DNA of 64,000 nt from a virus: positions 32,001 to 96,000 of the IMG/VR virus record IMGVR_UViG_3300027857_000012. One strand, given 5' to 3'. How positions within the stretch are numbered: the stretch's first letter is position 1; each line of letters starts with the position of its first letter. A program made the translations under genes and the position numbers. Positions 21,038 through 30,771 of this stretch are shown piece after piece. The notes beneath the pieces were generated by a model that did not search any database, had not been told where the DNA came from, and was given only the letters and a program-made list of their open reading frames with translations.

Positions 21038-21622
21038 ATGGGACTTATTGAAGACTTACTTGGGTGTCCGCTTTATGATATTACTCGCCCATATTGGGCT
21101 GTCAAACTATCAACAGGAGAATGGATTTGTGAAGCAAGGTTAAAAACAGATGTGTATCGAGGCACAGAACGGCCGTTTGATTGGTCAAATGACCTTGTCG
21201 CAAATGATGATGTGCTCAAAATCATACAACTATGGTTACTCTGCCCAGCAAGTCCTCGATCACCATTTGGAAATACAGCACGATTAACCATCGAAGAACC
21301 AGGTACAGCATTCCAATTCAAAGTCGGATCAGTTGAAAGCGCTATCGTGACATCAACGAAAACATTTCAGGCACAAATTATCGGAAAAGTAACAAACAAA
21401 GAGACTGGTGATTGTGATGTGTTCATTTGGGATGAAATACAACGAGGACTCATTACGCCAACAACATACATATATGATTCAAAAACTCGAAGTGCAAAAC
21501 GTGATGCGAATGGAACATTAATTCGAGCTGGACAGACAAACGTGTATAACTTTCACTCATGGAGAGAAGGTATTGCACCTCTTGGTCAACTCGAATTAAA
21601 AACAGTCGGAATTCACATTTAG
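21038..21622 (+). CDS. hypothetical protein (possible fibre assembly factor)
   Basis: gagg RBS; globular composition unlike the flanking fibres. Confidence 0.6.
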   Translation: MGLIEDLLGCPLYDITRPYWAVKLSTGEWICEARLKTDVYRGTERPFDWSNDLVANDDVLKIIQLWLLCPASPRSPFGNTARLTIEEPGTAFQFKVGSVESAIVTSTKTFQAQIIGKVTNKETGDCDVFIWDEIQRGLITPTTYIYDSKTRSAKRDANGTLIRAGQTNVYNFHSWREGIAPLGQLELKTVGIHI

Positions 21623-21635
21623 AAAGGCGTAACAT

Positions 21636-21980
21636 ATGACAACAACATGCAGTACAGTGCTCAGTCAAACGTTTAACAATTCTTCAACATGGTCATCAGG
21701 GCATCTCACTGTTGGTACATTTTTCGAATTAACACTTGATATCACATTTTCCAGTTTCACGCAAAATGTATTTATTACAGTCAGTCGTGTTGATATAGCC
21801 GGCAATTTGATTCAAATTTGGGGGACAGAAGAAGTACCACCTGGCCCTATTCAAGAATCACCTGATTTTGGACCAAGTTTTGCCTATGCATGTACAAGAA
21901 CGTGGGGCAATACACTCCAAATTGATATCACGACAACTGGCACATTTACTGGATCCTTAAGCCTTCAAGGCAAAGGATAA
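21636..21980 (+). CDS. hypothetical virion protein
   Basis: gaaagg RBS. Confidence 0.55.
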   Translation: MTTTCSTVLSQTFNNSSTWSSGHLTVGTFFELTLDITFSSFTQNVFITVSRVDIAGNLIQIWGTEEVPPGPIQESPDFGPSFAYACTRTWGNTLQIDITTTGTFTGSLSLQGKG

Positions 21981-22000
21981 ATCATCAAAGGTAATATCTT

Positions 22001-25000
22001 ATGAGTACAGCACTTACAGTCTACATGCAGGAAGTCAATGCTTCCTCGACACTCAGTACTGCAAATGCGCTCATCGAAAATGGAACAACTGGCGCCTCAA
22101 ATACCAATAAAAACTCGACTATTGCAAGTGGCACGACTGGGTGGGGAGAAATCTTTGCTCAAGGCACGTCAAACGCGTGGGGCGCTGGTGGTTCTGCTCC
22201 AAGTCCTAGCGGTAATGGGTGGCTCGATGATGGGACCACTCTTGTTGGAAATCATTTTGACACTGGCACGTGGACCGCGACCGTCAAAATGAATATGGGG
22301 TCTGGCTCAGTCACTGCCGACATTCATGTAAGAGCATATCAACGAAGCAGTGGCGGTGTCTACACACTCATTGCTGATATGCTTGCAAGCGCACAATCAA
22401 TCACTACATCATCGAGTGTTTTTACATGCACTGCATCGAGTGTTGCTGCATCAAACGCATTTGTCACAGGTGATAAACTCTATGTTGACGTTCTCCTCAA
22501 TATCACAGCTTCATCATCCGGCACAACAATTAAAATACAAGAATCAAGTAGTGGAACACAAGGATATACGAATGCGCAGGTCGTATCACCTGGTTATTTA
22601 GCGAGTACACAGATTGACAAAGATGTTGTTCTTCGTGCTCGAATTCAAGCGCTCGTTAACAAAGATGTTCGACTCCGCGGACGACTCCAACAACTTGTCA
22701 CCAAAGACATTCAACTCCGCGGAAATGTTGGATTTGCTGCAAAAAAAGATGTTACACTTCGTGGCCGCATTCAACAACTGACCACCAAAGATATTCAACT
22801 TCGTGGTCGTCTGCAACAACTGACCACCAAAGATATTCAACTTCGTGGTCGTATTGATATTCTCAGCACAAGAGACATTCGTACTCGAGGTATCGTTGCT
22901 GCCTCAAGTGTCAGAGATGTTCAAATGCGCGGACGTATTCGAGTCCTTGTCAATAAAGATCTTGGACTTCGAGGCCGCCCAGTCACCACTGTTCCAAAAG
23001 ATATCGCACTTCGAGCGAACGTGACATCACAACCACTTGCAAGTGGCGGATTTACTATTTTTGCGAATGGCACTGGCACAGCGCTTTATGATAGTGTTCG
23101 CATTACACAATATCCTGATCCATCATTGAGTCTCTCGCCCATTGTGCCTCGTCTTGGCACAACCAATGTCACGTGGAATGAAACAATTTCACTCAATACC
23201 ACATTTGGAATTGACGTTTCACTTGATGGTGTCAACTGGACAGATGTAACAGCCACGAATGGTGCAAGCATTCCAGGACTCTATTCTCAAACTGATCCAG
23301 TCATTGATGGATTCGATATTGATTCAAGTGCGAACTACTTGGCAACATCTGGATTCATTGGACAAGATAGCTTTGTTGGACGTACTGTCTCGAATGGATT
23401 TGGCACGAGCATTGATGGAAATACGTGGACCATTCTCGGCGGCACGGCATCTGGACTGTCTGTGAGTGGAGGAAATGCGATTGTCGCACAAGGTGCTGGG
23501 AATAGTACGCTGAAATTCGGCACACTCACAGCAAGTGACACACAAACAACACTTTTCTGCACATTTGGGTCTTCAACAGACATTGTGGGTCTTGATATTC
23601 GAGCAACAAACTATGGAGCCAATACACTATACCGACTCAAAGTTACACCAACAACATTCACAATTGAACGACATAACGCTGGTGTCGTCACAACACTAAC
23701 AACAATTTCAGTGAGTCTCTCTACAAGTGTTGAATATGGGCTTCGTTTTCAAGTGCTTGGAAGCCTCCTCTCAGCTCGATATTGGCTTGAAAATACTCCA
23801 GAGCCAACAACATGGCAAATTAATGTAACAGATCCATCTCCACTTGTTGGTGCTGGAAACGTGGGTGTCTTTGCACTTGCAAATTCTGCGACGAGTATTC
23901 TCCTTGATACGTATGGCGTCATTGATTTGTCACGCAACGCAACATGGACATATGACACTGCAAACAGTCGTCTTATTGCGACAGGAGGTACAGAAGGCCT
24001 CTATATCTATACACTCATCTCACGCCCAGATGTCGATTTTTTCATTGATCTTGACCGAGCAGATGCTGGTGGAGCAGTATGGAGATATGCTGATCAAGGA
24101 AATTATTATTATCTTTTGATCACTGATAGTCTTTCAAGCACAGGATTCCGAAACACAGTAACAATTTATCGTGTTGCTAATAATGTTCAGACACAACTTG
24201 CAACTGCAGCAATCACATACACTGTTGGTTCTGCAAGTAGTTCGTATACAGCAACATTCACTCGAGGGACATTCCACCGTTTCCGAGTGACAATGCTCCT
24301 CAATGTCATCACTGTTTATATTGATGGAAATATACTCATCACATATACTGACACAACACCACTTAGCACTGGCATGATGGGTCTTTACACAAATGGTGGC
24401 TTGATTGGAAGCCGTTTCTACATGCTTTGGATGCAACCAGATGGAGATCTTGTCACTGGTACACCCAATTACGATATTGTGACTGGAAAATTCGTCTATA
24501 CACGTGTCCGTCTCACAACAACAGATCCTGGTCAAACACCACAAACACAAGATCTTACAGTGTTAGCGACGACAGCAAGTATTCAAGCAGGAGCACTTAT
24601 TCCAAGTGTCACATACACAGCAACATCTGTCGCGAAAAATTTTGATGATCTTGCGAAACAGAGTAACTATTCATGGTTCATCGATCAAAATAAAGTCTTT
24701 AATTTTCGATCACGCGCAGCATTTGCGTCACCATGGATTTTGCAATCGTCACCATACGGACTTGTGCCAGTGAATGACATTGAAGTCACGTCGAATTTCG
24801 AACTCGATGTTGGTAATGATCTCTATCGAAATCGACAAACGATTCTAGGAGCGCTTGACACACAACTTTTCACTGAAACAAATGTCGGTGATGGAAGTAC
24901 ACGAACATTCCCACTTGGATACGAAGTTGGGGCGCAACCTACTGTCTTTGTAAATGGTGTTCCGCAAACGGTAGGTGTAAAAGGATCAGCAGGATTCAAT

Positions 25001-25501
25001 TTTTATTATGCAATTGGCGATCCTCATCTTGTGCAAGATGTAAGTGGACAACTTCTCCAGAGTTCAGATCAAATTCAAGTGACATACCTTGGTCTGTTCC
25101 CTGTCACTGTCGTTGTCGATGATCTGACACAGCAAGCACTTCAACAAGCAATTGAAGGAGGATCTGGTATTGTTGAAAGTGTCCAAGATGTGACTGGGCA
25201 AGGTATCAATAAAGCATCAGCCATTGCACTTGCCAATCAATTATTATCACGATATGGCATTGCTGGACGAACACTCATCTTTGATACAACACGAAATGGA
25301 TTGCAAATTGGCCAAATGCTGACCATTTTCTTGCCAGAACATGGCATTCTTGAGGGGCAATTTTTCATCACACAAGCAGAAATTTCACTCATGAAAGGTA
25401 ACGCCGATACACAAGTATGGTGGTACAAAGTAACAGCATCAGAATTGCCTAAAAAAGCAAGTTGGGCAAAGTTGCTTGCTAGTGGTCTAGGGTTACAATA
25501 A
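22001..25501 (+). CDS. tail tip/hub protein, C-terminal part, with 14-aa repeats and lectin-like domains
   Basis: Hub-like C-terminus FDDLAKQSNYSWFIDQNKVFNF...YRNRQTI...GSGIVE...LQIGQMLTI. Confidence 0.65.
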   Translation: MSTALTVYMQEVNASSTLSTANALIENGTTGASNTNKNSTIASGTTGWGEIFAQGTSNAWGAGGSAPSPSGNGWLDDGTTLVGNHFDTGTWTATVKMNMGSGSVTADIHVRAYQRSSGGVYTLIADMLASAQSITTSSSVFTCTASSVAASNAFVTGDKLYVDVLLNITASSSGTTIKIQESSSGTQGYTNAQVVSPGYLASTQIDKDVVLRARIQALVNKDVRLRGRLQQLVTKDIQLRGNVGFAAKKDVTLRGRIQQLTTKDIQLRGRLQQLTTKDIQLRGRIDILSTRDIRTRGIVAASSVRDVQMRGRIRVLVNKDLGLRGRPVTTVPKDIALRANVTSQPLASGGFTIFANGTGTALYDSVRITQYPDPSLSLSPIVPRLGTTNVTWNETISLNTTFGIDVSLDGVNWTDVTATNGASIPGLYSQTDPVIDGFDIDSSANYLATSGFIGQDSFVGRTVSNGFGTSIDGNTWTILGGTASGLSVSGGNAIVAQGAGNSTLKFGTLTASDTQTTLFCTFGSSTDIVGLDIRATNYGANTLYRLKVTPTTFTIERHNAGVVTTLTTISVSLSTSVEYGLRFQVLGSLLSARYWLENTPEPTTWQINVTDPSPLVGAGNVGVFALANSATSILLDTYGVIDLSRNATWTYDTANSRLIATGGTEGLYIYTLISRPDVDFFIDLDRADAGGAVWRYADQGNYYYLLITDSLSSTGFRNTVTIYRVANNVQTQLATAAITYTVGSASSSYTATFTRGTFHRFRVTMLLNVITVYIDGNILITYTDTTPLSTGMMGLYTNGGLIGSRFYMLWMQPDGDLVTGTPNYDIVTGKFVYTRVRLTTTDPGQTPQTQDLTVLATTASIQAGALIPSVTYTATSVAKNFDDLAKQSNYSWFIDQNKVFNFRSRAAFASPWILQSSPYGLVPVNDIEVTSNFELDVGNDLYRNRQTILGALDTQLFTETNVGDGSTRTFPLGYEVGAQPTVFVNGVPQTVGVKGSAGFNFYYAIGDPHLVQDVSGQLLQSSDQIQVTYLGLFPVTVVVDDLTQQALQQAIEGGSGIVESVQDVTGQGINKASAIALANQLLSRYGIAGRTLIFDTTRNGLQIGQMLTIFLPEHGILEGQFFITQAEISLMKGNADTQVWWYKVTASELPKKASWAKLLASGLGLQ
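22619..23020 (+). repeat. ten tandem 42-bp (14-aa) coding repeats (K/R)D(I/V)xLRGR
   Basis: caacaactgaccaccaaagatattcaacttcgtggtcgt occurs twice exactly, the other copies are degenerate. Confidence 0.85.
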
Positions 25502-26240
25502 TAGTCACCTAAATGGACTTTTGAGAGAGGGTTTTGATGTATCCTCAATGCATCCAGGATACATCAGAAAGTTCATGAAAAGCAAAAGACAATGGAATAT
25601 ATATCTCACGAGAAAAATGTATCCTGGGCATACCTATTCATATGTGGATGCTTACAATAATACACTATTCCTTATATATGTGTATAAACTATGTGATTGA
25701 TGTATCTTACGCATAAAATCATAATAACATTGGTTGACTTCTCTTTATAACACTGCCTTGATGCTAAATTTTCGCATTGAAATGTATGATTTTTTGAACA
25801 TTTAAAATCAATATCAGTGAGAATGAAATCATCCCGATACGCGCGATAGATACTATATACTAGTCTATAGTAATATGCTTCTTTCTTCTTTTTCTTAAAT
25901 GAAAATAAAGAAATCTCTTTGTTCGAATACAAAATTTTATTAATAAGATATTTGAATGAAAAGAAAAGCTTCTTTGTATTTAAATGAAGAAAATGCTTCT
26001 TTAGATGAAAGAAGAAAGAACTCTTTGTTTAGATATAAAATCTTATAGATAATATATTTGAATGAAAAACTTCTATTAAATGGTGGAAAAAGAAAAAATT
26101 TTTCTTTTAAATATGTATTGTTATGCTAGTCAAGTTGCGCTTGTATAATAGTCAATTGCTACTTGTATCTATGGTGAATTTTCGAAAAATGCTTGCTTTT
26201 TGACCAGAATTGGTGATTTTTTCGCAAAGTTTTGCAAATT
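25502..26240. other. AT-rich noncoding region, candidate replication origin/module boundary
   Basis: Sharp drop in GC; degenerate direct repeats at ~25897-25962 and ~26003-26069; lies upstream of the primase gene. Confidence 0.45.
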
Positions 26241-26253
26241 CACTCAAAAAGTA

Positions 26254-26282
26254 TTTACTTTTTAGCACAAATATGTTATAAT
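26254..26282 (+). promoter_or_regulatory. sigma70-type promoter (phage consensus)
   Basis: TTTACT-17-TATAAT with extended TG. Confidence 0.75.
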
Positions 26283-26333
26283 AAAAATGTGATCAAGAAA
26301 AGAATGAAAAACCGTCACGCAACGGAGGCAATT

Positions 26334-26570
26334 ATGAGGGATTTGCAGAAGGTCACGAGCCAGTCGACGCAAACGTTGAGGAAGTTCATCAGTCGAGCAT
26401 TTGCAACTGGAGGGATTACACGCACTTCACAGGAGGAATTGCTCGATCTAGTCGATTCACTTGAACAAAAGATTGATAGCGCGATTCAACCAGAATCTTC
26501 TGTTCCTGTTCAAGTGAATCGACAACCTCGTCACAGTCGTCGAACAAAGACAGAAGCACTTGCAAGCTAA
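26334..26570 (+). CDS. hypothetical protein
   Basis: ggagg RBS directly downstream of the promoter. Confidence 0.6.
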   Translation: MRDLQKVTSQSTQTLRKFISRAFATGGITRTSQEELLDLVDSLEQKIDSAIQPESSVPVQVNRQPRHSRRTKTEALAS

Positions 26571-26660
26571 CAGTAATCGGGGGATGTGAGGCTCAATCAC
26601 TAGGGGACCCCCGATACTTCCCTTTTACATCTGAATAGTGTGTCTTCGAGGGGATCTTAA

Positions 26661-27584
26661 ATGTTTTTAGAAACGCTGGCTTGCTATGGCCTCTTTACAC
26701 CATCATCAGGGCACTTAGATGAGAATGTGCTTATTCAATGCCCTTTTCATCAAGATGATCGACCGTCATGTTCTATTAACATTCGTGCAGATGTCTTTTT
26801 CTGTCATGGGTGCCATGAACATGGTACTCTTCTTCGGTTTGTGTCACTCTTAGAGGCCAAGCGACTCCATCTTGACGAGCTCAATGAATGGCTTGGCCTC
26901 GTTGCGCTTGCGAAAATTAAACGACAAGCCCCCGTTGATCCATTACCCGAGTTTCTGGTTCCTCAGATTCGCCTCCAAAGGAAGGAAACAGAGCGCGCTG
27001 CTCGTATCAGAGCATATGATTTTTATACATCACTTCCTATTCCTCAATGGAATATGATTAAGTATCACTATTTGCAAGATCGAGGATTTTCAGATTCGAC
27101 GCTTAGGTTGTTTGGTATTCGATTGAATCCATCAAGTCATTATCAAATTGTCATTCCAGTATCACAGCAAAATCGATTTCGTGGGTACATTGCACGTCGA
27201 AATTGTGATGTTGAGAATAGTATTAAGTATGTCAATAATCCTGGATTTTCGAAATCAACAACAGTTGGTGGATCACTTCGAAAAGGACCCGTTCTCATTG
27301 TCGAGGGATGGTTCGATATGATGATGGCTCGTCAGAATGGCTTTCGAAATACAGCGTGCCTTTTCGGGTGGCACTGTAGTGATACACAAGCCGAGTTTCT
27401 TCGACTGTATGCAACAGAAATTATCTCTGGCCTTGATAATGATGCTCGAGGTCATGAAGGAACACGGCGATTACAAACATTATTTCCTCATCTTCCATTT
27501 CGGAGACTTCCATTTCCACACGATGTCAAAGATGTGTGTGAAATGGATCCAGCGCAATTTACCGCAAGCATTTATTTCACATAA
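26661..27584 (+). CDS. dnaG: DNA primase (CHC2 zinc finger + TOPRIM)
   Basis: CPFHQDDRPSC...FFCHGC; VLIVEGWFD; GLDNDARG; KDVCE. Confidence 0.9.
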   Translation: MFLETLACYGLFTPSSGHLDENVLIQCPFHQDDRPSCSINIRADVFFCHGCHEHGTLLRFVSLLEAKRLHLDELNEWLGLVALAKIKRQAPVDPLPEFLVPQIRLQRKETERAARIRAYDFYTSLPIPQWNMIKYHYLQDRGFSDSTLRLFGIRLNPSSHYQIVIPVSQQNRFRGYIARRNCDVENSIKYVNNPGFSKSTTVGGSLRKGPVLIVEGWFDMMMARQNGFRNTACLFGWHCSDTQAEFLRLYATEIISGLDNDARGHEGTRRLQTLFPHLPFRRLPFPHDVKDVCEMDPAQFTASIYFT

Positions 27585-27611
27585 ATGCTACACAGAAAGA
27601 GAAAAACAAAA

Positions 27612-28283
27612 ATGTCATCAATCATGGACGAAATTCTGCAGGGTGCGGCAGAGAGATCAAAAGATTTTAGTGGCGTTCTTAAAATCAAGTCAGGTGAAAA
27701 AATTGTCATTCGATTTTTGATGGAGGGGTCGAATGGTCTCAAAATTATGGTACATGGTCGGTTTCTCCAGACAGATCAAAATGCTGGGTATACCGTCCCG
27801 TGTGCAAAACAATATGGCAAAGAATGTCCATATTGTGATCTTGTGTTCGAAACTGATGATGGTCGAAGCAATTTGAATCATTTCTGTTGGCTCGTGTGGA
27901 ATCATTCAATTGGAAAGTTGCAGGTGTTTTTCTTCAAAAATAATAAAGCAAGTCCTCTGCAACAATTAGCTGAATCATTCTCTGACAATGAAACTATCGT
28001 TTCACATGATTTTTCGCTCAAGCGTGAAGGTGAAGGTATGACAACAAAATACACACTATCACTCTTGACTCGAGCACCGCAACCACTTCCTGCAGAGGCA
28101 AAGGTACCAACAAAGGTGGAGCTGCAGCACAAAATGATCCGTGAGATGCTCGCAAAAGCATTTTGCCCCGATCTCTTAACGGATAAACCTATTACTGTGA
28201 AACAGCAAGTAAAGAGTGTTGATACAATGCTTGATCCATCATACGAAGATCCTGATGACGATTTACTTCCGGGAGGAAAATAA
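27612..28283 (+). CDS. single-stranded DNA-binding protein (gp32-like)
   Basis: VIRFL, CPYC, KREGEGMTTKY, acidic C-terminal tail. Confidence 0.7.
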   Translation: MSSIMDEILQGAAERSKDFSGVLKIKSGEKIVIRFLMEGSNGLKIMVHGRFLQTDQNAGYTVPCAKQYGKECPYCDLVFETDDGRSNLNHFCWLVWNHSIGKLQVFFFKNNKASPLQQLAESFSDNETIVSHDFSLKREGEGMTTKYTLSLLTRAPQPLPAEAKVPTKVELQHKMIREMLAKAFCPDLLTDKPITVKQQVKSVDTMLDPSYEDPDDDLLPGGK

Positions 28284-28652
28284 ATGCTCGAACATATTGA
28301 ATCACCCGAGTGTCTCGATGATCGATTGGCTGCAATTTACGCAGCAATTCATTCGCTGCAACGTCGCGTGTTTGGAGAAACGTGGCCTCGAGACATTGAC
28401 GAAATGATTTCAAAATACGTCAAATACATCCAGGTCGAGTGCGTTGAAGCACTCCAATGTACGAACTTTAAAGATCATAAGCGAAAGCAACAAATTGATC
28501 TTGAAAATCTTCGTGATGAAACAGTTGATATATTCATCTATGCCATTGCAATGGCAGGGTGTTCGTTCACATCTCTTGATGATTTCATGTCAACTGTCGA
28601 GCGAAAAGTCCAAAAAAACAATACTCGACAAGATTGGGATATTAATCGATGA
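28284..28652 (+). CDS. all-alpha NTP pyrophosphatase (MazG/dUTPase-2-like; possible dCTPase)
   Basis: ECVEAL...NLRDETVDIFIY two ExxE/D helices. Confidence 0.7.
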   Translation: MLEHIESPECLDDRLAAIYAAIHSLQRRVFGETWPRDIDEMISKYVKYIQVECVEALQCTNFKDHKRKQQIDLENLRDETVDIFIYAIAMAGCSFTSLDDFMSTVERKVQKNNTRQDWDINR

Positions 28653-29161
28653 TTGTCATTGTTGAAGGTCCGGACAATTCAGGCAAAACGACGCTCGCAC
28701 GAGCATTGTCTGCTCGAATTAATGTTCCATACTATAAATATCCGAAACGACCGTTTTCGGATATACAAGCATTCGATACAAAACTTGTCACTCGATATGT
28801 TGATCGATGGTTGGTCGATTTTCTTGCACATGTACCCCAATCACTCATTCTCGATCGGTCGTATCCTACAGAGTGGGTATATGGTCAAGTGTTTCAACGT
28901 GAAATTGATCTTGATGATTTGGTGTATGTTGACCAAGGATTTGCGCTCCTTGATGCGCATATCGTTCTTTGTACAAAACAATCGTATGTGTCGTATACAG
29001 ATGATCTTATTGCGTCAGAAGCACTCCCTGCACTTGTTGAGCAATACCACCAATTTCAAACATGGACGCGAGTTCAGCGCATTTTAGCACTCGATACAAC
29101 AAATGAAAATCTCGAAGAACAACTCGAAGCCATTTGTGCTTTCATAAAGGAGTATGCATGA
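28649..29161 (+). CDS. dNMP (thymidylate-kinase-like) kinase
   Basis: IVEGPDNSGKTT P-loop; ILDRSYPTEWVY. Confidence 0.85.
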   Translation: MIVIVEGPDNSGKTTLARALSARINVPYYKYPKRPFSDIQAFDTKLVTRYVDRWLVDFLAHVPQSLILDRSYPTEWVYGQVFQREIDLDDLVYVDQGFALLDAHIVLCTKQSYVSYTDDLIASEALPALVEQYHQFQTWTRVQRILALDTTNENLEEQLEAICAFIKEYA

Positions 29162-29889
29162 ACAAAAAAGTCATCGGCCTCATCCCAGCAGCCGGGAAAG
29201 GGACTCGATTAGGATGGGCGACTGCGAAAGAATTGTGGCCGATTGAAATATGTGATGGACTCATTATGCCTGTGCTCCAAAGCACGATTGACAACATGGT
29301 CATGGCAGATGTCCAAGAGGCTGTCATTGTGACAACACCAGAAAAACCGGAGATTATGCGGTATCTGTCGACGATGCATACAATGAGAATTGCCTATGTG
29401 TGTCAAGCACATAATTATGGAAAAGGTAAATCATCTGGCCTCATTGAAGCGATTGAGAGTGCATATCATTTGACAAAAGAAACCATTGTGGTCTTCGGGA
29501 TGCCTGATACGTATGTTCGTCCAAATACATGCTATGACGGACTCATCGAAAAGGTACGTGATGATGGGTATGATGTTGCGTTCGGATTATTCCCAACAGA
29601 GACACCACATAAATTTGGCATAGTTGACTTTGATGGGAATATGGATGTCCGTTATGTGTTCGAAAAGCCACGCACGACAATGCTCCAGTACATGTGGGGT
29701 ATCCTTGTTTGGTCACCAACATTTACTGAATACATTCATACATCTGTGCAACAAGGCATTGTTGAATATGATATTATTCTCAATAATGCACTTCAACTTG
29801 GCATGCCCATGTGTGCGAAGATCGTGCAAGATGGACAGTATGCTGATCTTGGAACGCAAGCTGATATTCTTCGAGTGTGGCGTGAATGA
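29158..29889 (+). CDS. sugar-1-phosphate nucleotidyltransferase (RmlA-like)
   Basis: GLIPAAGKGTRL...KELWP; FEKP; YADLGT. Confidence 0.85.
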   Translation: MNKKVIGLIPAAGKGTRLGWATAKELWPIEICDGLIMPVLQSTIDNMVMADVQEAVIVTTPEKPEIMRYLSTMHTMRIAYVCQAHNYGKGKSSGLIEAIESAYHLTKETIVVFGMPDTYVRPNTCYDGLIEKVRDDGYDVAFGLFPTETPHKFGIVDFDGNMDVRYVFEKPRTTMLQYMWGILVWSPTFTEYIHTSVQQGIVEYDIILNNALQLGMPMCAKIVQDGQYADLGTQADILRVWRE

Positions 29890-30040
29890 TGCACCACTCT
29901 TTTCGCCAAAGCGAATATGGAGAGCGATTCGTTTATGGATATGGTTCGTCGCTGTGTGTGATAAAGATGATTTAAGTTTCTGGGATTTTATTCGATATGA
30001 CGGACGGCCTCATGCAAGTGAAAAGGCAGGCAAATATTGA
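29882..30040 (+). CDS. small hypothetical protein
   Basis: Fills the gap with overlapping start and stop. Confidence 0.35.
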   Translation: MNDAPLFSPKRIWRAIRLWIWFVAVCDKDDLSFWDFIRYDGRPHASEKAGKY

Positions 30041-30771
30041 ATCTAAATGATCAACAAGAATTGATTGAACTTGCACGAGAATGCACGTGGAAGACGCAAG
30101 ATCGTCTTCGACAAGAGGAACATGCGTTCATCGATAATGCATGCGTGTTCGTGCAATCAACATATACTGACGACTTCAAACGGTATCTTGCACTTGGATC
30201 CATTCCACATATTGTTGATATGGATCTTGATCTCGCTGAGCAAGAAGGTCGTGAAAAACTGCAAATTCTCTGGAAGCAGAGTGGCATGTTCGAATTATTG
30301 TATGATCGGTCACCATTGTTTGCAGGTCGACCAACACTTCCGATAGGAAATCTCCGGGCATCATTTTTGATTATCGGTGATGCACCAGGGCAAGGGAAAC
30401 TTGTTCCCATTCATAATGAGTTTGATCGAACGTTGGCCTACGGGCCGAGTAGTCATATGCTTCGAAAAGCGCTTCTCTCGAATGGGTTGTATTACGATTG
30501 TTGGTTTACAAATCTCTGTAAGTTGTCAATTCGAGAGAATGCTCCATCGAATGCAGAACAACGCGCATTGCATAAATCGATTCTTGATCAAGAATTAGCG
30601 CTGTTAGTACCTGAACGGATTATTACACTCGGAACCCATGTGCATGAGGCATTCATAGCAATGTATGATGCACGATATGTGTTTAAAGTACCGCACCCTG
30701 CATGGGCACATCGGACAAACATGACACCTCAAGCATATGGACAAATGATCAAGGAGCGATTGCATGCCTAA
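30037..30771 (+). CDS. uracil-DNA glycosylase superfamily (family 4-like) protein
   Basis: LIIGDAPG, WFTNLCK, IITLG, VPHPA motifs. Confidence 0.7.
   Translation: MNLNDQQELIELARECTWKTQDRLRQEEHAFIDNACVFVQSTYTDDFKRYLALGSIPHIVDMDLDLAEQEGREKLQILWKQSGMFELLYDRSPLFAGRPTLPIGNLRASFLIIGDAPGQGKLVPIHNEFDRTLAYGPSSHMLRKALLSNGLYYDCWFTNLCKLSIRENAPSNAEQRALHKSILDQELALLVPERIITLGTHVHEAFIAMYDARYVFKVPHPAWAHRTNMTPQAYGQMIKERLHA

Noticed and set aside
22619-23020. 42-bp repeats as a CRISPR array or DGR repeat
   Set aside because: They are in-frame coding tandem repeats with no spacers, and there is no reverse transcriptase in the window.
541-25548. Antisense ORFs within structural genes
   Set aside because: They are shadows of codon-biased, Ala/Thr/Gly-rich + strand genes.
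25672-25932. Minus-strand 86-aa ORF in the AT-rich gap
   Set aside because: Low-complexity composition, no RBS, and opposite to the genome-wide orientation.
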